A DNA stretch of 64,000 bases, taken from contig JAFUOX010000055.1 of the NCBI GenBank assembly GCA_017481725.1, positions 7,443 through 71,442 of the forward strand. Reading direction: 5' to 3'. Shown here in pieces: positions 9,032 to 20,065 of the stretch; position 1 is the first letter of the stretch, and each line of letters starts with the position of its first letter. The stretch is from Kiritimatiellia bacterium. GTDB taxonomy: Bacteria; Verrucomicrobiota; Kiritimatiellia; RFP12; UBA3636. Made by a program: the position numbers and the translations under genes. The notes below the pieces were generated by a model that saw only the letters and a program-made list of their open reading frames with translations, was not told the origin of the DNA and made no database searches.

Positions 9032-11722
9032 ATGGATTTTGATTTATTTACACCAAACGCTAAGAAAGCTATACAGATAGCAAATCGAGAAGCAATAGGA
9101 TATAGTCATGATGCTATTGGTTCTGAGCATATTATTATTGGATTAGTGTCCCTTACAGAGGGTATAATTGTAGATGTATTTGCAGCTTTAAATATTACTG
9201 TAGAGCAAGTCCGCCGTGGTGTTGATTCTGTTGTTTCTCATGGTGATGCAAATATTGCGGTTGCAGGAATCCTCCCACTTACACCACGTACAAAAAAGAT
9301 TCTTCAATGTGCAGCAGGTGAAGCACGTGCTTTAGGTGCTTCAATGGTGGATGCAGAGCATATCCTTATTGCTATACTCCGTGAGGGCGAAGGAGTTGGT
9401 GCAAAGGTTTTGGAAGGCTTAGGTGTAACTGTTGACTCCGTTGTAACCATCGTTAAGAAAATTATTGATGATTTCCGAGCTGCTCAAAATGAGGAAGATA
9501 AGGCATCAAATCCGTTTGGCTTAGATACAGATGATATGGAACAAATGCCGCCACCAGGAGAAGATTCTCTAGGAGATTTCCTCCGCTCATTAGGTTCAAA
9601 TATTGGTGATGCATCCAGAGCTCCACGCTTCCCATTAGGGAGAAAACTCCCTCCTAGTGCAAAGGTTGTGCCAGCAAAGCTTACTTATGATGCAAATCCT
9701 AATTCAATAAATGGAGGAAACCAACCTAAGCGCCCACCAACACCAGCTCTTGATGCCTTTGGCCGCAATCTTACAGTTTTGGCTTCAAATGGTCAAATGG
9801 ATCCAGTTGTTGGCAGAAAAGAAGAGCTTGCTCGTGTGATGCAGGTGCTTTCTCGTCGCACAAAAAATAATGTTGCATTGCTTGGTGAGGCAGGTGTTGG
9901 TAAAACAGCAGTAGCAGAAGGCCTAGCTCAAGCAATTGTTTCTGGCGAGGTTCCAGATAAACTTTTGAATAAACAAGTGATTGCGTTGGATATGACATTG
10001 CTTGTTGCTGGTACAAAGTATCGCGGACAATTTGAAGAACGCATTAAGGCAATTGTTGATGAAATTAAGCGCGTGAAGGATGTAATTCTATTTATTGATG
10101 AATTGCATAGTATTGTTGGTGCAGGTGATAATACAGGCTCTATGGATGCAGCAAATATTTTCAAACCAGCTATGGCACGCGGCGAGCTACAATGCATTGG
10201 TGCAACTACTCTAAAGGAATACCATAAGTTTATTGAAAAGGATGCTGCTTTGGAACGCCGTTTCCAAATGGTTAAGCTTGATGAGCCTTCAGTAGAGGAA
10301 GCAATTCAAATTCTTCAAGGAATTAAATCTAAGTATGAAGAGTTTCATCAAGTCACTTATACGGATGATGCTATTGAAGCAGCTGTGCGCTTGAGTGCAC
10401 GCTATCAAATTGGGCGTATGCTACCAGATAAGGCTATTGATGTTCTTGATGAGGCTGGTGCTCGCATTCAGATAGAAAATAATACAAGCCCAGAAAGCAT
10501 TCGAAATCTTAAGAGGAGCATTGCTGAGTTTGTTGCAAAGAAAAATGCAGCAGTTGAATTGCAAAATTTTGAAGAAGCTGCAGAACATAGAAATAAGGTT
10601 GAGGAGCTTAAAACAGCACTTCAATCAGAACAAGCTCTATGGGAAAAACGTAAGGGCGTAAGTGGCTCTGTGGTTACTGCGGAGGATATGGCAGAAACAA
10701 TCTCAAGTATTACAGGTGTCCCTGTTTCTCGCATGACAGAAGAGGAAAAGCAACAACTGTTTACACTTGAGGATGAGCTTCGTAAAACTGTTGTTGGTCA
10801 GGAGCAAGCAATTAGTGTTGTTTGCCGTGCGTTGCGCCGTGCACGTGCTGGCTTAAAGAATCCACGTCGCCCAATAGGCTCCTTCCTGTTCCTTGGCCCT
10901 ACAGGTGTTGGTAAAACACTTCTTGCAAAAACAATAGCCAAGGAATTCTTTGCAGATGAGAAAGCCCTTATTCAGCTTGATATGTCTGAATATATGGAGA
11001 AATTTAATGTCTCCCGCTTAGTTGGCTCTCCTCCAGGTTATGTTGGCTTTGAAGAGGGTGGTCAGCTTACTGAACAAGTGCGCCGCCGCCCTTATAGTGT
11101 TGTTCTATTTGATGAGGTAGAGAAAGCACACCCAGATGTAATGCATGTATTGCTACAGCTTCTAGAAGAGGGGCGCTTGACAGATAGCACAGGTCGAGAG
11201 GTGGACTTTAAGAATACAATTGTTATTCTAACTTCAAATCTTGGTGTAGATACTGGTAAGAGCTCACGTGCATTTGGCTTTGGTATGGCTGGTACAAACT
11301 CTCAGCTCGCTATGGAACAGGAGCACCTAAATAAGCGTATGCTTGAGGCTGCTAAGCTTGTATTTAAACCTGAGTTAATGAATCGCTTTGATGAAACAAT
11401 TTATTTCCGTAAGCTAGGTATAGATGACTTGAGAGTGATTATCAATAGCGAGCTAGAGTCTGTTCGAGCAAATTTGCGTGAAAAGCAGTTAGAGCTACAG
11501 CTTTCCAAGGCAGCAGAGGAGTTTATTATCAATCACGGAAATGATTCTGAGCTTGGTGCACGCCCTCTTCGTAGAGCAGTTGAACGCTTAATTGAGGATC
11601 CTCTTGCAGAAGAAATTTTAAAAGGTAATTTTGAGCCTCCATGCACAATCAAGGTTGATGTACAAAAGGATGGCGATAAATTGAAGTTTACAAAAGCAGT
11701 AGCTAAAAAGTCTAAGAAGTAA
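9032..11722 (+). CDS. clpC: ATP-dependent Clp protease ATPase ClpC
   Basis: Two Clp-N repeats, AAA1 [11 protein letters not shown] coiled coil ([10 protein letters not shown]), AAA2 [11 protein letters not shown] ClpP-binding loop, GARPLRR. Confidence 0.95.
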   Translation: MDFDLFTPNAKKAIQIANREAIGYSHDAIGSEHIIIGLVSLTEGIIVDVFAALNITVEQVRRGVDSVVSHGDANIAVAGILPLTPRTKKILQCAAGEARALGASMVDAEHILIAILREGEGVGAKVLEGLGVTVDSVVTIVKKIIDDFRAAQNEEDKASNPFGLDTDDMEQMPPPGEDSLGDFLRSLGSNIGDASRAPRFPLGRKLPPSAKVVPAKLTYDANPNSINGGNQPKRPPTPALDAFGRNLTVLASNGQMDPVVGRKEELARVMQVLSRRTKNNVALLGEAGVGKTAVAEGLAQAIVSGEVPDKLLNKQVIALDMTLLVAGTKYRGQFEERIKAIVDEIKRVKDVILFIDELHSIVGAGDNTGSMDAANIFKPAMARGELQCIGATTLKEYHKFIEKDAALERRFQMVKLDEPSVEEAIQILQGIKSKYEEFHQVTYTDDAIEAAVRLSARYQIGRMLPDKAIDVLDEAGARIQIENNTSPESIRNLKRSIAEFVAKKNAAVELQNFEEAAEHRNKVEELKTALQSEQALWEKRKGVSGSVVTAEDMAETISSITGVPVSRMTEEEKQQLFTLEDELRKTVVGQEQAISVVCRALRRARAGLKNPRRPIGSFLFLGPTGVGKTLLAKTIAKEFFADEKALIQLDMSEYMEKFNVSRLVGSPPGYVGFEEGGQLTEQVRRRPYSVVLFDEVEKAHPDVMHVLLQLLEEGRLTDSTGREVDFKNTIVILTSNLGVDTGKSSRAFGFGMAGTNSQLAMEQEHLNKRMLEAAKLVFKPELMNRFDETIYFRKLGIDDLRVIINSELESVRANLREKQLELQLSKAAEEFIINHGNDSELGARPLRRAVERLIEDPLAEEILKGNFEPPCTIKVDVQKDGDKLKFTKAVAKKSKK

Positions 11723-12609
11723 TGATTGATACAGCTGAACTCATGAAAAAAGTCGGGAGGATAAAAATTTTGACCTCCCGCTTAGTTGATGAACGCCTCA
11801 CAGGTGATTATCACTCTTCCTTTAAAGGTCAGGGCGTTGAATTTGATGAGGTGCGCGAATATAACGTTGGTGATGATATTCGTAGTATTGATTGGAATGT
11901 TACTGCACGTACAGGCTTCCCTTTTGTTAAGCGCTATTGTGAGGAGCGTGAGCTGACAGTTATCTTTTTGGTTGATGTTTCTGGCTCTCAGGCATATGGT
12001 TCTGGGGAGAAAACAAAGGCAGAGCGTGCTGCAGAGCTCACATGCCTACTTGCTATGACATCAATTCAGAACCAAGACAACATTGGCTTAATTCTTTTCT
12101 CTGATAAAATTTTAAAGACAATTCCTCCTCGGAAGGGGCGTACAGCAGTGATGCGCTTGGTGCGTGAGGTGCTCGCTGCCGATGAGTCTGTTGGTGGTAC
12201 TGATATTGCAGGAGCATTGCAATATCTTTGTCAGGTGCAGAAGCGTAAGTCTGTTGTTTTTCTAGTTTCTGATTTTCAAGCAGAGGGTTGGGAACAACAA
12301 TTGGCGGTTGCCTCTCGTAAGCATGATGTTATTTGCTGTAGGCTAGTGGATAAATGTGAACAGGAGCTACCTAATGCAGGATTGCTTGAATTAGAAGATC
12401 CAGAAACTGGTGAGCTTATTTGGATAGATACAGGTTCTCGCGAAATTAGAGCTGCTTTTGCAAAAGCCGCAGAAGAGCGTACCAGACAATTAAATACCAC
12501 CTTTAGACGCAATAAGGCAGATTCAATAACCTTTTTCACTGATGAAGACCCAATTGATAAGGTGCGTCAATTCTTTAGAAAGCGCATAAAAAAGCATGGT
12601 GTTAGATAG
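11722..12609 (+). CDS. DUF58 / vWA-domain protein (MoxR-associated family)
   Basis: FKGQGVEFDEVREY, GDDIRSIDWNVTAR, DVSGS MIDAS, VSDF. TAATG overlap with the clpC stop. Confidence 0.92.
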   Translation: MIDTAELMKKVGRIKILTSRLVDERLTGDYHSSFKGQGVEFDEVREYNVGDDIRSIDWNVTARTGFPFVKRYCEERELTVIFLVDVSGSQAYGSGEKTKAERAAELTCLLAMTSIQNQDNIGLILFSDKILKTIPPRKGRTAVMRLVREVLAADESVGGTDIAGALQYLCQVQKRKSVVFLVSDFQAEGWEQQLAVASRKHDVICCRLVDKCEQELPNAGLLELEDPETGELIWIDTGSREIRAAFAKAAEERTRQLNTTFRRNKADSITFFTDEDPIDKVRQFFRKRIKKHGVR

Positions 12610-12635
12610 GCTTGTAATAAATTAATGGGGATTTT

Positions 12636-13520
12636 ATGAGAAGTTTTATTTTAGGTTCAGATTGGTGCACTGATTGTGATGATGTGGTTGCTATGCGTGT
12701 ATTGTGTAGAGCACATAAGGCTGGAGAGATTAACCTACTTGGTGTTGGTATTAACACCTGCGTAGATGTTAGTGTTGCTTCTCTTTATGGCTTCTTGGCA
12801 ACTGAAGGTGTTACCGATGTTGCTGTTGGTATTGATATGAAATCTGCTGATGCTCGCAGGTTTGAGCCAAAATATCAGCCACGTCTTGCCAATTATGCTC
12901 CCGATAAAACAAATGCTGATGCCGAGGATGCCGTCCGCATGTATCGTAGACTAATTGCGAACTCTCCAACCCGTGTTGAGATTTTGGAAATAGGCTTTAC
13001 ACAAGTTATAGCAGGTGCTTTGATGAGCCAGCCTGATGATATTTCTCCTCTATCTGGTATTGAGCTCTTTAGGCAAAAGGTTGCAAAGGTATGGATGATG
13101 GCAGGTAAGTGGGATGAAGAGGGGGGCAAAGAATATAATTTCTGCTGTCATCAGTTGACCTCAACCAATGCAACAACCTTCTGTGATAATTGTCCAATTC
13201 CTGTTACATTCCTAGGTTGGGAGGTTGGAAATACAGTGATTTCTGGTAATGAGCTTCCTGATGACGATGTTCTTAAGCAAGCACTTATTGATCATGGAAG
13301 CCCTAATGGTCGCTCATCATGGGATCCAATGCTTGTTGTGCTAGCAATTATTGGTAATGAAAAAGCTGCTGGATATTCTGTAACTCGTGGCCGCGCTAGA
13401 GTTGATGCCTCTGATGGAAGTAATTATTTTACAGAGAATGCTGCAGGACCTCATCAGTATGTGACAAAGCTCTTTGATGATTCCTATTATCAGAAGCAAA
13501 TTAATGATAGAATTTCTTAA
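12636..13520 (+). CDS. Nucleoside hydrolase-like protein
   Basis: N-terminal SDWCTDCDDVVA, EYN, GWEVG, RSSWDP. Confidence 0.7.
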   Translation: MRSFILGSDWCTDCDDVVAMRVLCRAHKAGEINLLGVGINTCVDVSVASLYGFLATEGVTDVAVGIDMKSADARRFEPKYQPRLANYAPDKTNADAEDAVRMYRRLIANSPTRVEILEIGFTQVIAGALMSQPDDISPLSGIELFRQKVAKVWMMAGKWDEEGGKEYNFCCHQLTSTNATTFCDNCPIPVTFLGWEVGNTVISGNELPDDDVLKQALIDHGSPNGRSSWDPMLVVLAIIGNEKAAGYSVTRGRARVDASDGSNYFTENAAGPHQYVTKLFDDSYYQKQINDRIS

Positions 13521-13538
13521 TCAACTATGGAGAGCTTT

Positions 13539-14546
13539 ATGAATAAAGATCCACAAGTATTACATAATAAACTTTTAAGAGAAATAAAGCCCGCTTATCG
13601 TTATGACGGAAAAGAGGATTTCTCTGTATGGCAAAATCGAGCTCGCTCAAGACTTGCCTCATTATTGGGTATAGATAAACTCGTCCCAGCTAATGATGAT
13701 TGCTTCACAATTGAATACGAAAATGATTGTGGAGATTTTACCGATTACCGTATAACATTCCAGAGCGAGGAAGGCTACTTTGTTGTTTGCTCACTTTGGA
13801 AGCCAAACAATAAAGTAGGCAAAATTCCTATGGTAGTTTGTGTGCAGGGTCATTCAAAGGGCTACCATATTTCCTTAGGTAGACCAATCTATGAAAGTGA
13901 TGAAAGAGCAATCTCATGTGGAGACCGTGATTTTGCAGTACAGATTGTGAAGCAGGGCTATTGTGCTCTCGCTATTGAACAGCGTGCATTTGGTGAGTGT
14001 GGTGGAACACCAGAAGGACCAAATTGTCCGCTCCCTACTCTTGATGCTCTTTTGATGGGTAGAACAATGATTGGAGAAAGAGTTTTTGATATCTCCCGCA
14101 CAATTGATGTTGTTCTTGCTCACTTTGATTTTATTGATGAAAAATGCATTGGCTTGATGGGTAATTCAGGTGGTGGCACAGCAACAACCTATGCATCAGC
14201 TATTGATGAGCGAATCAAGGTTGCCATGCCATCATGTGCGGTTTGCACATATAAAGCTTCTATTGGTGCAATGAAGCATTGTACTTGCAATTATGTGCCA
14301 AATATCGCATTAGATTTTGATATGGGAGATTTGTGTGGCTTGATTGCTCCACGCAAGCTTGTTATTGTTTCTGGTGCTGAGGATCCTATTTTCCCTCGCG
14401 ATGGAGTAGTAGAGTGCTTTGAGGTTGCTAAGACATATTTTGCAGCTGCTGGAGTCCCAGATGACGTGCAATGGGTTGAGGGCCCAGAGGGGCATCGCTT
14501 CTATGCCGCACTAGCATGGCCAGTATTTAATAAGATGTTTTTATAA
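13539..14546 (+). CDS. Alpha/beta hydrolase (acetylxylan esterase/dienelactone hydrolase-like)
   Basis: GNSGGG nucleophile elbow, IAPRKL, D in EDPIFP, H in EGHRF. Alternative start 13527. Confidence 0.82.
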   Translation: MNKDPQVLHNKLLREIKPAYRYDGKEDFSVWQNRARSRLASLLGIDKLVPANDDCFTIEYENDCGDFTDYRITFQSEEGYFVVCSLWKPNNKVGKIPMVVCVQGHSKGYHISLGRPIYESDERAISCGDRDFAVQIVKQGYCALAIEQRAFGECGGTPEGPNCPLPTLDALLMGRTMIGERVFDISRTIDVVLAHFDFIDEKCIGLMGNSGGGTATTYASAIDERIKVAMPSCAVCTYKASIGAMKHCTCNYVPNIALDFDMGDLCGLIAPRKLVIVSGAEDPIFPRDGVVECFEVAKTYFAAAGVPDDVQWVEGPEGHRFYAALAWPVFNKMFL

Positions 14547-14665
14547 AGAAGGGTTGCAAAATTAAGGTATCTCCCTTTTTAGTTTGAATACTCATTAATG
14601 TTTGTGATACAATTATAAATATAAGGTTAAAACTAACACTTCCACATTTTACGGAGTAATTTTTT

Positions 14666-16603
14666 ATGGAGTATATTAATAAACCAAAATACCATTGCTA
14701 TAATGGTACATATATCGGTTTCGCAGTTCAAAAGGAAACTGGAAAAATTGGCTATTTAGGTATTGATGCAGGTGGACGCGACTTGTTTCGTAAAAACACA
14801 TATAATTTGCTAAAGCCTGGCTTTGGTGCATGGGCTCCTTGCTTCACAAAGAAGGGCGTTACTCCTGTTGTAGAAGCAGATGAAAAGCAAATTAAGGCTG
14901 CAACAGACACAAATACCCTTATAATTAAGCCAGAAGAAAAGACGATTTCTTTTGATTTAAGCTCTTCCTCTCCAATGAAGGGTACTGCATTTGAATTTTG
15001 TTTGGCAATTGAGGTTGCACCACCTTCTATTTGGGCAAAGACAAATTTTCCTAAGGAAGGAGAGGAACCACTAAAAACATCTAAGGATCCTTTGGTACAT
15101 GCAGAGCGCAATTATCAGCTCCCAATGTATATTCACTTCCCAGACTATGGTACTGTGAAGATTGAGGCAGAGGGTGCTCCTGTATATTGCCATGAGGAGC
15201 TAACACGTTCATCTGAGATGAATGGTCTATGCTTGGGTCTTTTAAATCATGGTGGTCACGTGCCAGAGCGTCAGCTACACAGTGGCTATAGCAAGCTTTC
15301 TTTTAAGCTTCGTAAGGCAACAGATAAGGTTTCTTTGAAGATAACTGTGCTAGAAGAACAGTATCCAAAAATTAATGGCATCGATTTTAATGATCCAGCT
15401 TGGAATGGCTTTAAGCGCTGCTGGTTAAATAACTTTACATTTAATCGTCAGACCTGCTCAATGGGTGATAATATCTACTTGCATGGAATGTCTCATCTTG
15501 TTATGCATAACCGAGCAGATACTCTCGCTGTAATGGATCCAAAGGATGAAATTACAAAGCTTATTCGCGGAGTGTTTGAATATACTCTTGATACTTCATG
15601 GGATCGCGGTCAGGCAGAGGATGGTGAAGTGAATATGGCTTACTTCGATAAGTGCAAGAAGGAAGGTCCATGTGCTGGCTTTATTGATTCTACTCCTGCT
15701 GCACTTATCTCATCTTGTGTTATTTCAACTTGGAAGCCATCACATGCAAAGAAGAATATCGATAAGATGCTAAAGGCTTGCGACTTCTTGATGGGCTTAG
15801 ATTCTGATGGCGATGGTATTATTGAGCTACCATTCTCTGGAAATAGCATGGATGCTGAATATCCACATAAGGGTGCTCGCCCTCGTATTTGGTGGGATAA
15901 CTTTGCTTGCGGTCATAAGGATATTTTCTTCAACTGCTTGTCACATCGTGCACTTCGTGGTACAGAGAAGCTTGCTCGTAAGCTTGGCCGCATAGACGGA
16001 GCAAATAAGGTGGCAGCTTTCCTAGAGAAGATGAATAAGAATTTCTTTGATACCTTCTATAACCCAGAGACAGGTGTTATGGCTGGATGGATTAGTGCTG
16101 ATGGCAATGTACATGATTATATGTTTACATATGCAACAGCTAACTCTATCGATGAAGGTCTTGTAGATAAGGTGCGTGGTCGCAAAATGATGGATATCTT
16201 GCTTGCTAAGCTTGATGAGCAAGGCTTTGGTAGCTATCGCTATGGTGTTCCTGGTCCAGTAATTCCAGTTGATGTATCAAAGGATACATTTGGTGGATTT
16301 ATGGGAGATTGGCCTCTATATGAGAATGGCGGTCTATGCGGTATGACAGCATATCACTTTATTAATGCATTGTGCTATGTTGGCTTGAAGGACAAAGCAG
16401 AGTTTATTCTTAAGACAATGCTTAATACCTTTGATAAGGGCTTGACACATTCAGGTTTGATGCCTGGTTATACACATAGTATCGATTGGCGAACAAAGGA
16501 TGGTGTTGCCTGCGGTTACAACTATTTGGCAGATAACTATCTATTCTTGTTGTCTCTATCAACTGGTATTGCTGGAAATAAGCATCCAGGTGTTGTTCGA
16601 TAA
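14666..16603 (+). CDS. Putative six-hairpin (alpha/alpha)6 glycoside hydrolase, no signal peptide
   Basis: C-terminal half with DSDGDGIIE, WWDNF, FYNPETG..AGW, YENGG resembles GH116/GH78-like catalytic barrels. Confidence 0.5.
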   Translation: MEYINKPKYHCYNGTYIGFAVQKETGKIGYLGIDAGGRDLFRKNTYNLLKPGFGAWAPCFTKKGVTPVVEADEKQIKAATDTNTLIIKPEEKTISFDLSSSSPMKGTAFEFCLAIEVAPPSIWAKTNFPKEGEEPLKTSKDPLVHAERNYQLPMYIHFPDYGTVKIEAEGAPVYCHEELTRSSEMNGLCLGLLNHGGHVPERQLHSGYSKLSFKLRKATDKVSLKITVLEEQYPKINGIDFNDPAWNGFKRCWLNNFTFNRQTCSMGDNIYLHGMSHLVMHNRADTLAVMDPKDEITKLIRGVFEYTLDTSWDRGQAEDGEVNMAYFDKCKKEGPCAGFIDSTPAALISSCVISTWKPSHAKKNIDKMLKACDFLMGLDSDGDGIIELPFSGNSMDAEYPHKGARPRIWWDNFACGHKDIFFNCLSHRALRGTEKLARKLGRIDGANKVAAFLEKMNKNFFDTFYNPETGVMAGWISADGNVHDYMFTYATANSIDEGLVDKVRGRKMMDILLAKLDEQGFGSYRYGVPGPVIPVDVSKDTFGGFMGDWPLYENGGLCGMTAYHFINALCYVGLKDKAEFILKTMLNTFDKGLTHSGLMPGYTHSIDWRTKDGVACGYNYLADNYLFLLSLSTGIAGNKHPGVVR

Positions 16604-16610
16604 AATAAGA

Positions 16611-16653
16611 AAAAAATTAGGTGTGAGTGTTTATAACTTACACCTAATTTTTT
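16611..16653. terminator. Bidirectional-type terminator
   Basis: AAAAAATTAGGTGTGAGT...ACTTACACCTAATTTTTT. Confidence 0.8.
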
Positions 16654-16680
16654 ATGAATACTATTGCTCGGAAATATGCT

Positions 16681-17769
16681 ATGAAATTTAAAAGTTTAAC
16701 CTTTGGTATGGGTGTTGGTGGCTGGCTAACAAATTATAAACGATTTAATGTCCTCCCCAAAGAATGGCGTACACCAATAACAATCGGTGATTTAGAGCAT
16801 TTCGAAAGCTATATTACCGAGGAAGATATAAAATATATTGCAAGTCTTGGTGTTGATCATATAAGGTTAGGCTTTGACCAAATTGTTTTAGAAGAAAAAC
16901 CACGAGTGTATCGTGAAGAGGTTTTTAGACATATTGATAATTTCATTTCTTGGTGTGAAGCTGTAAATGTATTCCCAATTCTCAATATGCATAAGGCTAT
17001 TGGCAATTATTGTGATATTAATGAGGAGGTCACTCTTTTTGATTCACCAGAATTACAGCAGGGCTTTGTTGATTTTTGGGCTGATTTTGAAAAGCGCTAT
17101 GCTCATAAGCCTAATGTAGCATTTGAACTTTTGAATGAGGTACGAGATGTTCCTCCTGAGCAATGGAATGATTTGGCAGATCGCACAATTTCTGCTATCC
17201 GTGCAATAAATAAGGATAGAATAATAATTCTTGGTAGCTGCCGTTGGGGTCATTGTGGATTGTTGAAGGCGCTTAAAATATATGATGACCCAAATATTAT
17301 TTACACCTATCATTTTTATGAACCTCACGAATTTACACACCAACGTGGTGTACTTCAAGCATCTGCACTTTACTACAACAGGGTAATGCCATATCCATGT
17401 GATGATATTGAAAAATATAGAGAGTTCTATAGGCTAGTTTATAATAGACAAGATGCATACAAAGAATACCAAAGAATAGATAAGCAATATTTGCGAGATT
17501 TGATGCAGCCTGCATTTGATTGGGCGGCTGAGCATCCAGATAAGGTGCTTTGGCTTGGCGAGTTTGGCTCAATTCGTCATGCTAAATTAGAGTGGCGTAT
17601 AAACTATATGCAGGATGTTATTAGCCTTGCAAAGGAGCATGATATTGGATACTGTGTTTGGAATTACCTTAGCACACCAAATGATGGGAATCGGTTTAGT
17701 CTTGTAGATGATGATACAAGAAAAATTCTTGATATGCGCCTAATTGGAGTCTCTGATTCTAAACGGTAA
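16681..17769 (+). CDS. Glycoside hydrolase family 5 (intracellular CelC-like endoglucanase)
   Basis: GVDHIRL, FELLNE acid/base, YHFYEP, LGEFG nucleophile, VWNY. No signal peptide. Confidence 0.88.
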   Translation: MKFKSLTFGMGVGGWLTNYKRFNVLPKEWRTPITIGDLEHFESYITEEDIKYIASLGVDHIRLGFDQIVLEEKPRVYREEVFRHIDNFISWCEAVNVFPILNMHKAIGNYCDINEEVTLFDSPELQQGFVDFWADFEKRYAHKPNVAFELLNEVRDVPPEQWNDLADRTISAIRAINKDRIIILGSCRWGHCGLLKALKIYDDPNIIYTYHFYEPHEFTHQRGVLQASALYYNRVMPYPCDDIEKYREFYRLVYNRQDAYKEYQRIDKQYLRDLMQPAFDWAAEHPDKVLWLGEFGSIRHAKLEWRINYMQDVISLAKEHDIGYCVWNYLSTPNDGNRFSLVDDDTRKILDMRLIGVSDSKR

Positions 17770-17776
17770 TGTTTTA

Positions 17777-18502
17777 ATGAATATAATATTAGTAAGCAAA
17801 GAAGAAGTTGGTCAAGATCAGTCTATTCTGCTTGAAGGAAGAAGGTTTGAGCATATAAAAAATGTGCTTAAACCTGCCGTTGGAGATTTTCTTCGTGTGG
17901 GGGTTATTGGAGAGGACCGTTATCAAGCAGAGCTTGTTGATATTTCTAATTCTCAATGTAATCTTAGACTTGTTGATAGGCTTCAACCATTTTCCGAGCC
18001 ATCACTTGATTTGATATTGGCGTTGCCACGACCTAAATGTATGAAGAGGCTTTGGGCACAGCTTTCTGCAGTGGGCTTTAAACGAATTTTTATAGTAAAT
18101 GCTGAAAAGGTAGAAAAAGTCTATTGGGGAAGTACAACCCTTTTGGAAGAGGTTTATAAACCATTATTGCTTGAAGGTTTGGAGCAGTGCGGTGATACAA
18201 TTCTGCCAGAGGTGCGTTTTGTTAAGCGTCTACGTCCTTTTTTAGAGGATGAAGTGCCTACTCTTTTTGCAAATCAACAAAAGGTAATTGCTCATCCGTA
18301 TAATAATGGAGTAGAAGAAGCTATACTGGCAGATGTGGCGTCAATAAATTCTCGAAAAGTAATTGCCGTGGGACCAGAGGGCGGATGGAATGATTTTGAA
18401 ATATCGCTATTTGCTAAGGCTGGCTTTAAATCATTTTCATTGGGTGAGAGAATCCTGCGGACAGATACCGCGGTAATCGCTCTTGCTGCATTGCTAAAAT
18501 AA
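17777..18502 (+). CDS. rsmE: 16S rRNA m3U1498 methyltransferase RsmE
   Basis: HIKNVLK, LEQCG, VGPEGG, SLGERILRTDTA. Confidence 0.92.
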   Translation: MNIILVSKEEVGQDQSILLEGRRFEHIKNVLKPAVGDFLRVGVIGEDRYQAELVDISNSQCNLRLVDRLQPFSEPSLDLILALPRPKCMKRLWAQLSAVGFKRIFIVNAEKVEKVYWGSTTLLEEVYKPLLLEGLEQCGDTILPEVRFVKRLRPFLEDEVPTLFANQQKVIAHPYNNGVEEAILADVASINSRKVIAVGPEGGWNDFEISLFAKAGFKSFSLGERILRTDTAVIALAALLK

Positions 18503-18568
18503 GCATTTGAATATTCTTGTGTGGTGGCGTGCAAGCGATTGATGGAGATAGTTAGATAATGAAGATGA

Positions 18569-18637
18569 GGGTGGCTATGCCACCCGGTGTTGTTGGGGCT
18601 CAAGGAGGCAAAGTGTCAAAACTTTGCCTCCTTGAGC
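18569..18637. repeat. Two GC-rich hairpins (REP-like or terminator) between rsmE and V-ATPase B
   Basis: GGGTGGC-TAT-GCCACCC and perfect 17-bp stem GCTCAAGGAGGCAAAGT-GTCAAA-ACTTTGCCTCCTTGAGC, no U tract. Confidence 0.6.
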
Positions 18638-18647
18638 ATCTAATCGG

Positions 18648-18676
18648 TTGAAAAAAATAGTTTAATATGCTAAAAT
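18648..18676 (+). promoter_or_regulatory. Sigma70-type promoter upstream of V-ATPase B
   Basis: TTGAAA-17 bp-TAAAAT with TGn extension. Confidence 0.55.
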
Positions 18677-18744
18677 ATTTTTTGTTTTTTAGGTGTACTG
18701 TCGGTATAAAATATGCTAAAATTTAGACAGTAAAGGAAATTAGT

Positions 18745-20043
18745 ATGAATAAGGTATATCATCGAATAGATAATAGCTCAGGTAGTGTTATTAATTTACG
18801 CGCTCAAGGAGTGCAATATAATGAGCTAGCAGAGGTTTCTTCTCGTGGAAATACATCCCTTGCACAGGTTATTAAAATTGATGGGGATAGTGTTTCTTTG
18901 CAGGTGTTTGCAGGTGCTCGTGGCATTGCAACAGATGCACGCGTGCGTTTTTTGGGCCACCCAATGCAAGTGCCTTTCTCTAGCAATTTGTTAGGTCGAA
19001 TTTTTGATGGCGGTGCACGCCCAAGAGATAATTCTCCAGAGCTTACCGAGAATATGATTAATATCGGTGGTCCATCAGTAAATCCAGCAAAGCGTATTAT
19101 TCCTCGCAATATGGTGCGCACAGGTATCCCAATGATTGATGTTTTCAATACATTGGTTGAAAGCCAGAAGCTGCCAGTTTTTGCAAAGGCAGGTGAGCCA
19201 TATAATGAGCTTCTTGCGCGTATTGCTCTTCAGGCAGAGGTTGATATTATTATTCTTGGTGGTATGGGCTTAAAGCATGACGATTATCTCTATTTTAAGG
19301 ATACACTAGATAAGAGTGGTGCACTTTCTCGTACAGTAATGTTTGTTCATACAGCTGCCGATCCTGTGGTAGAGTGCTTGCTTGTTCCAGATTTATCCCT
19401 AGCTGTTGCTGAGCAGTTTGCTATTGCGGGCAAGAAGGTGCTTGTGCTTTTGACTGATATGACATCTTTCTCAGATGCACTAAAAGAAATCGCAATTACT
19501 ATGGAGCAGATTCCTTCAAACCGTGGTTATCCTGGTGACTTGTATTCTCAGCTTGCATCACGATATGAGAAGGCTGTTGACTTTGAGGGTGCTGGCTCAA
19601 TTACAATTCTTGCTGTTACAACAATGCCAGGTGGAGATGTAACTCACCCAGTACCTGATAATACAGGCTACATTACAGAGGGTCAGTTCTATTTGAGTGG
19701 AGGACGCATTGAGCCATTTGGTTCATTGTCTCGCCTAAAGCAGCAGGTTAATAAGACAACTCGTGATGATCATAGAACTATTATGGATACTATGATTCAG
19801 CTGTTCTCTCAATATCGCTCTACACTTGAGAAGCAGTCAATGGGCTTCCGTATGAGTGCATGGGATAATAAACTCCTAAAGTATGGCGAGCGCTTTGAAA
19901 AGGAAATGATGGATATTACAGTTAATATCCCTCTTGAGAAGGCCCTTGATTTGGGTTGGGAGATTTTGGCAGATTGCTTTGACCCAGTAGAAACAGGTGT
20001 TCGCTCAGAGATTATTGAGAAATTCTGGCCTAAAAAGGGTTAA
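18745..20043 (+). CDS. ntpB: V/A-type ATP synthase subunit B
   Basis: [52 protein letters not shown]. Confidence 0.96.
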   Translation: MNKVYHRIDNSSGSVINLRAQGVQYNELAEVSSRGNTSLAQVIKIDGDSVSLQVFAGARGIATDARVRFLGHPMQVPFSSNLLGRIFDGGARPRDNSPELTENMINIGGPSVNPAKRIIPRNMVRTGIPMIDVFNTLVESQKLPVFAKAGEPYNELLARIALQAEVDIIILGGMGLKHDDYLYFKDTLDKSGALSRTVMFVHTAADPVVECLLVPDLSLAVAEQFAIAGKKVLVLLTDMTSFSDALKEIAITMEQIPSNRGYPGDLYSQLASRYEKAVDFEGAGSITILAVTTMPGGDVTHPVPDNTGYITEGQFYLSGGRIEPFGSLSRLKQQVNKTTRDDHRTIMDTMIQLFSQYRSTLEKQSMGFRMSAWDNKLLKYGERFEKEMMDITVNIPLEKALDLGWEILADCFDPVETGVRSEIIEKFWPKKG

Positions 20044-20065
20044 TTTATCAATTGGGTGTTAGCGT

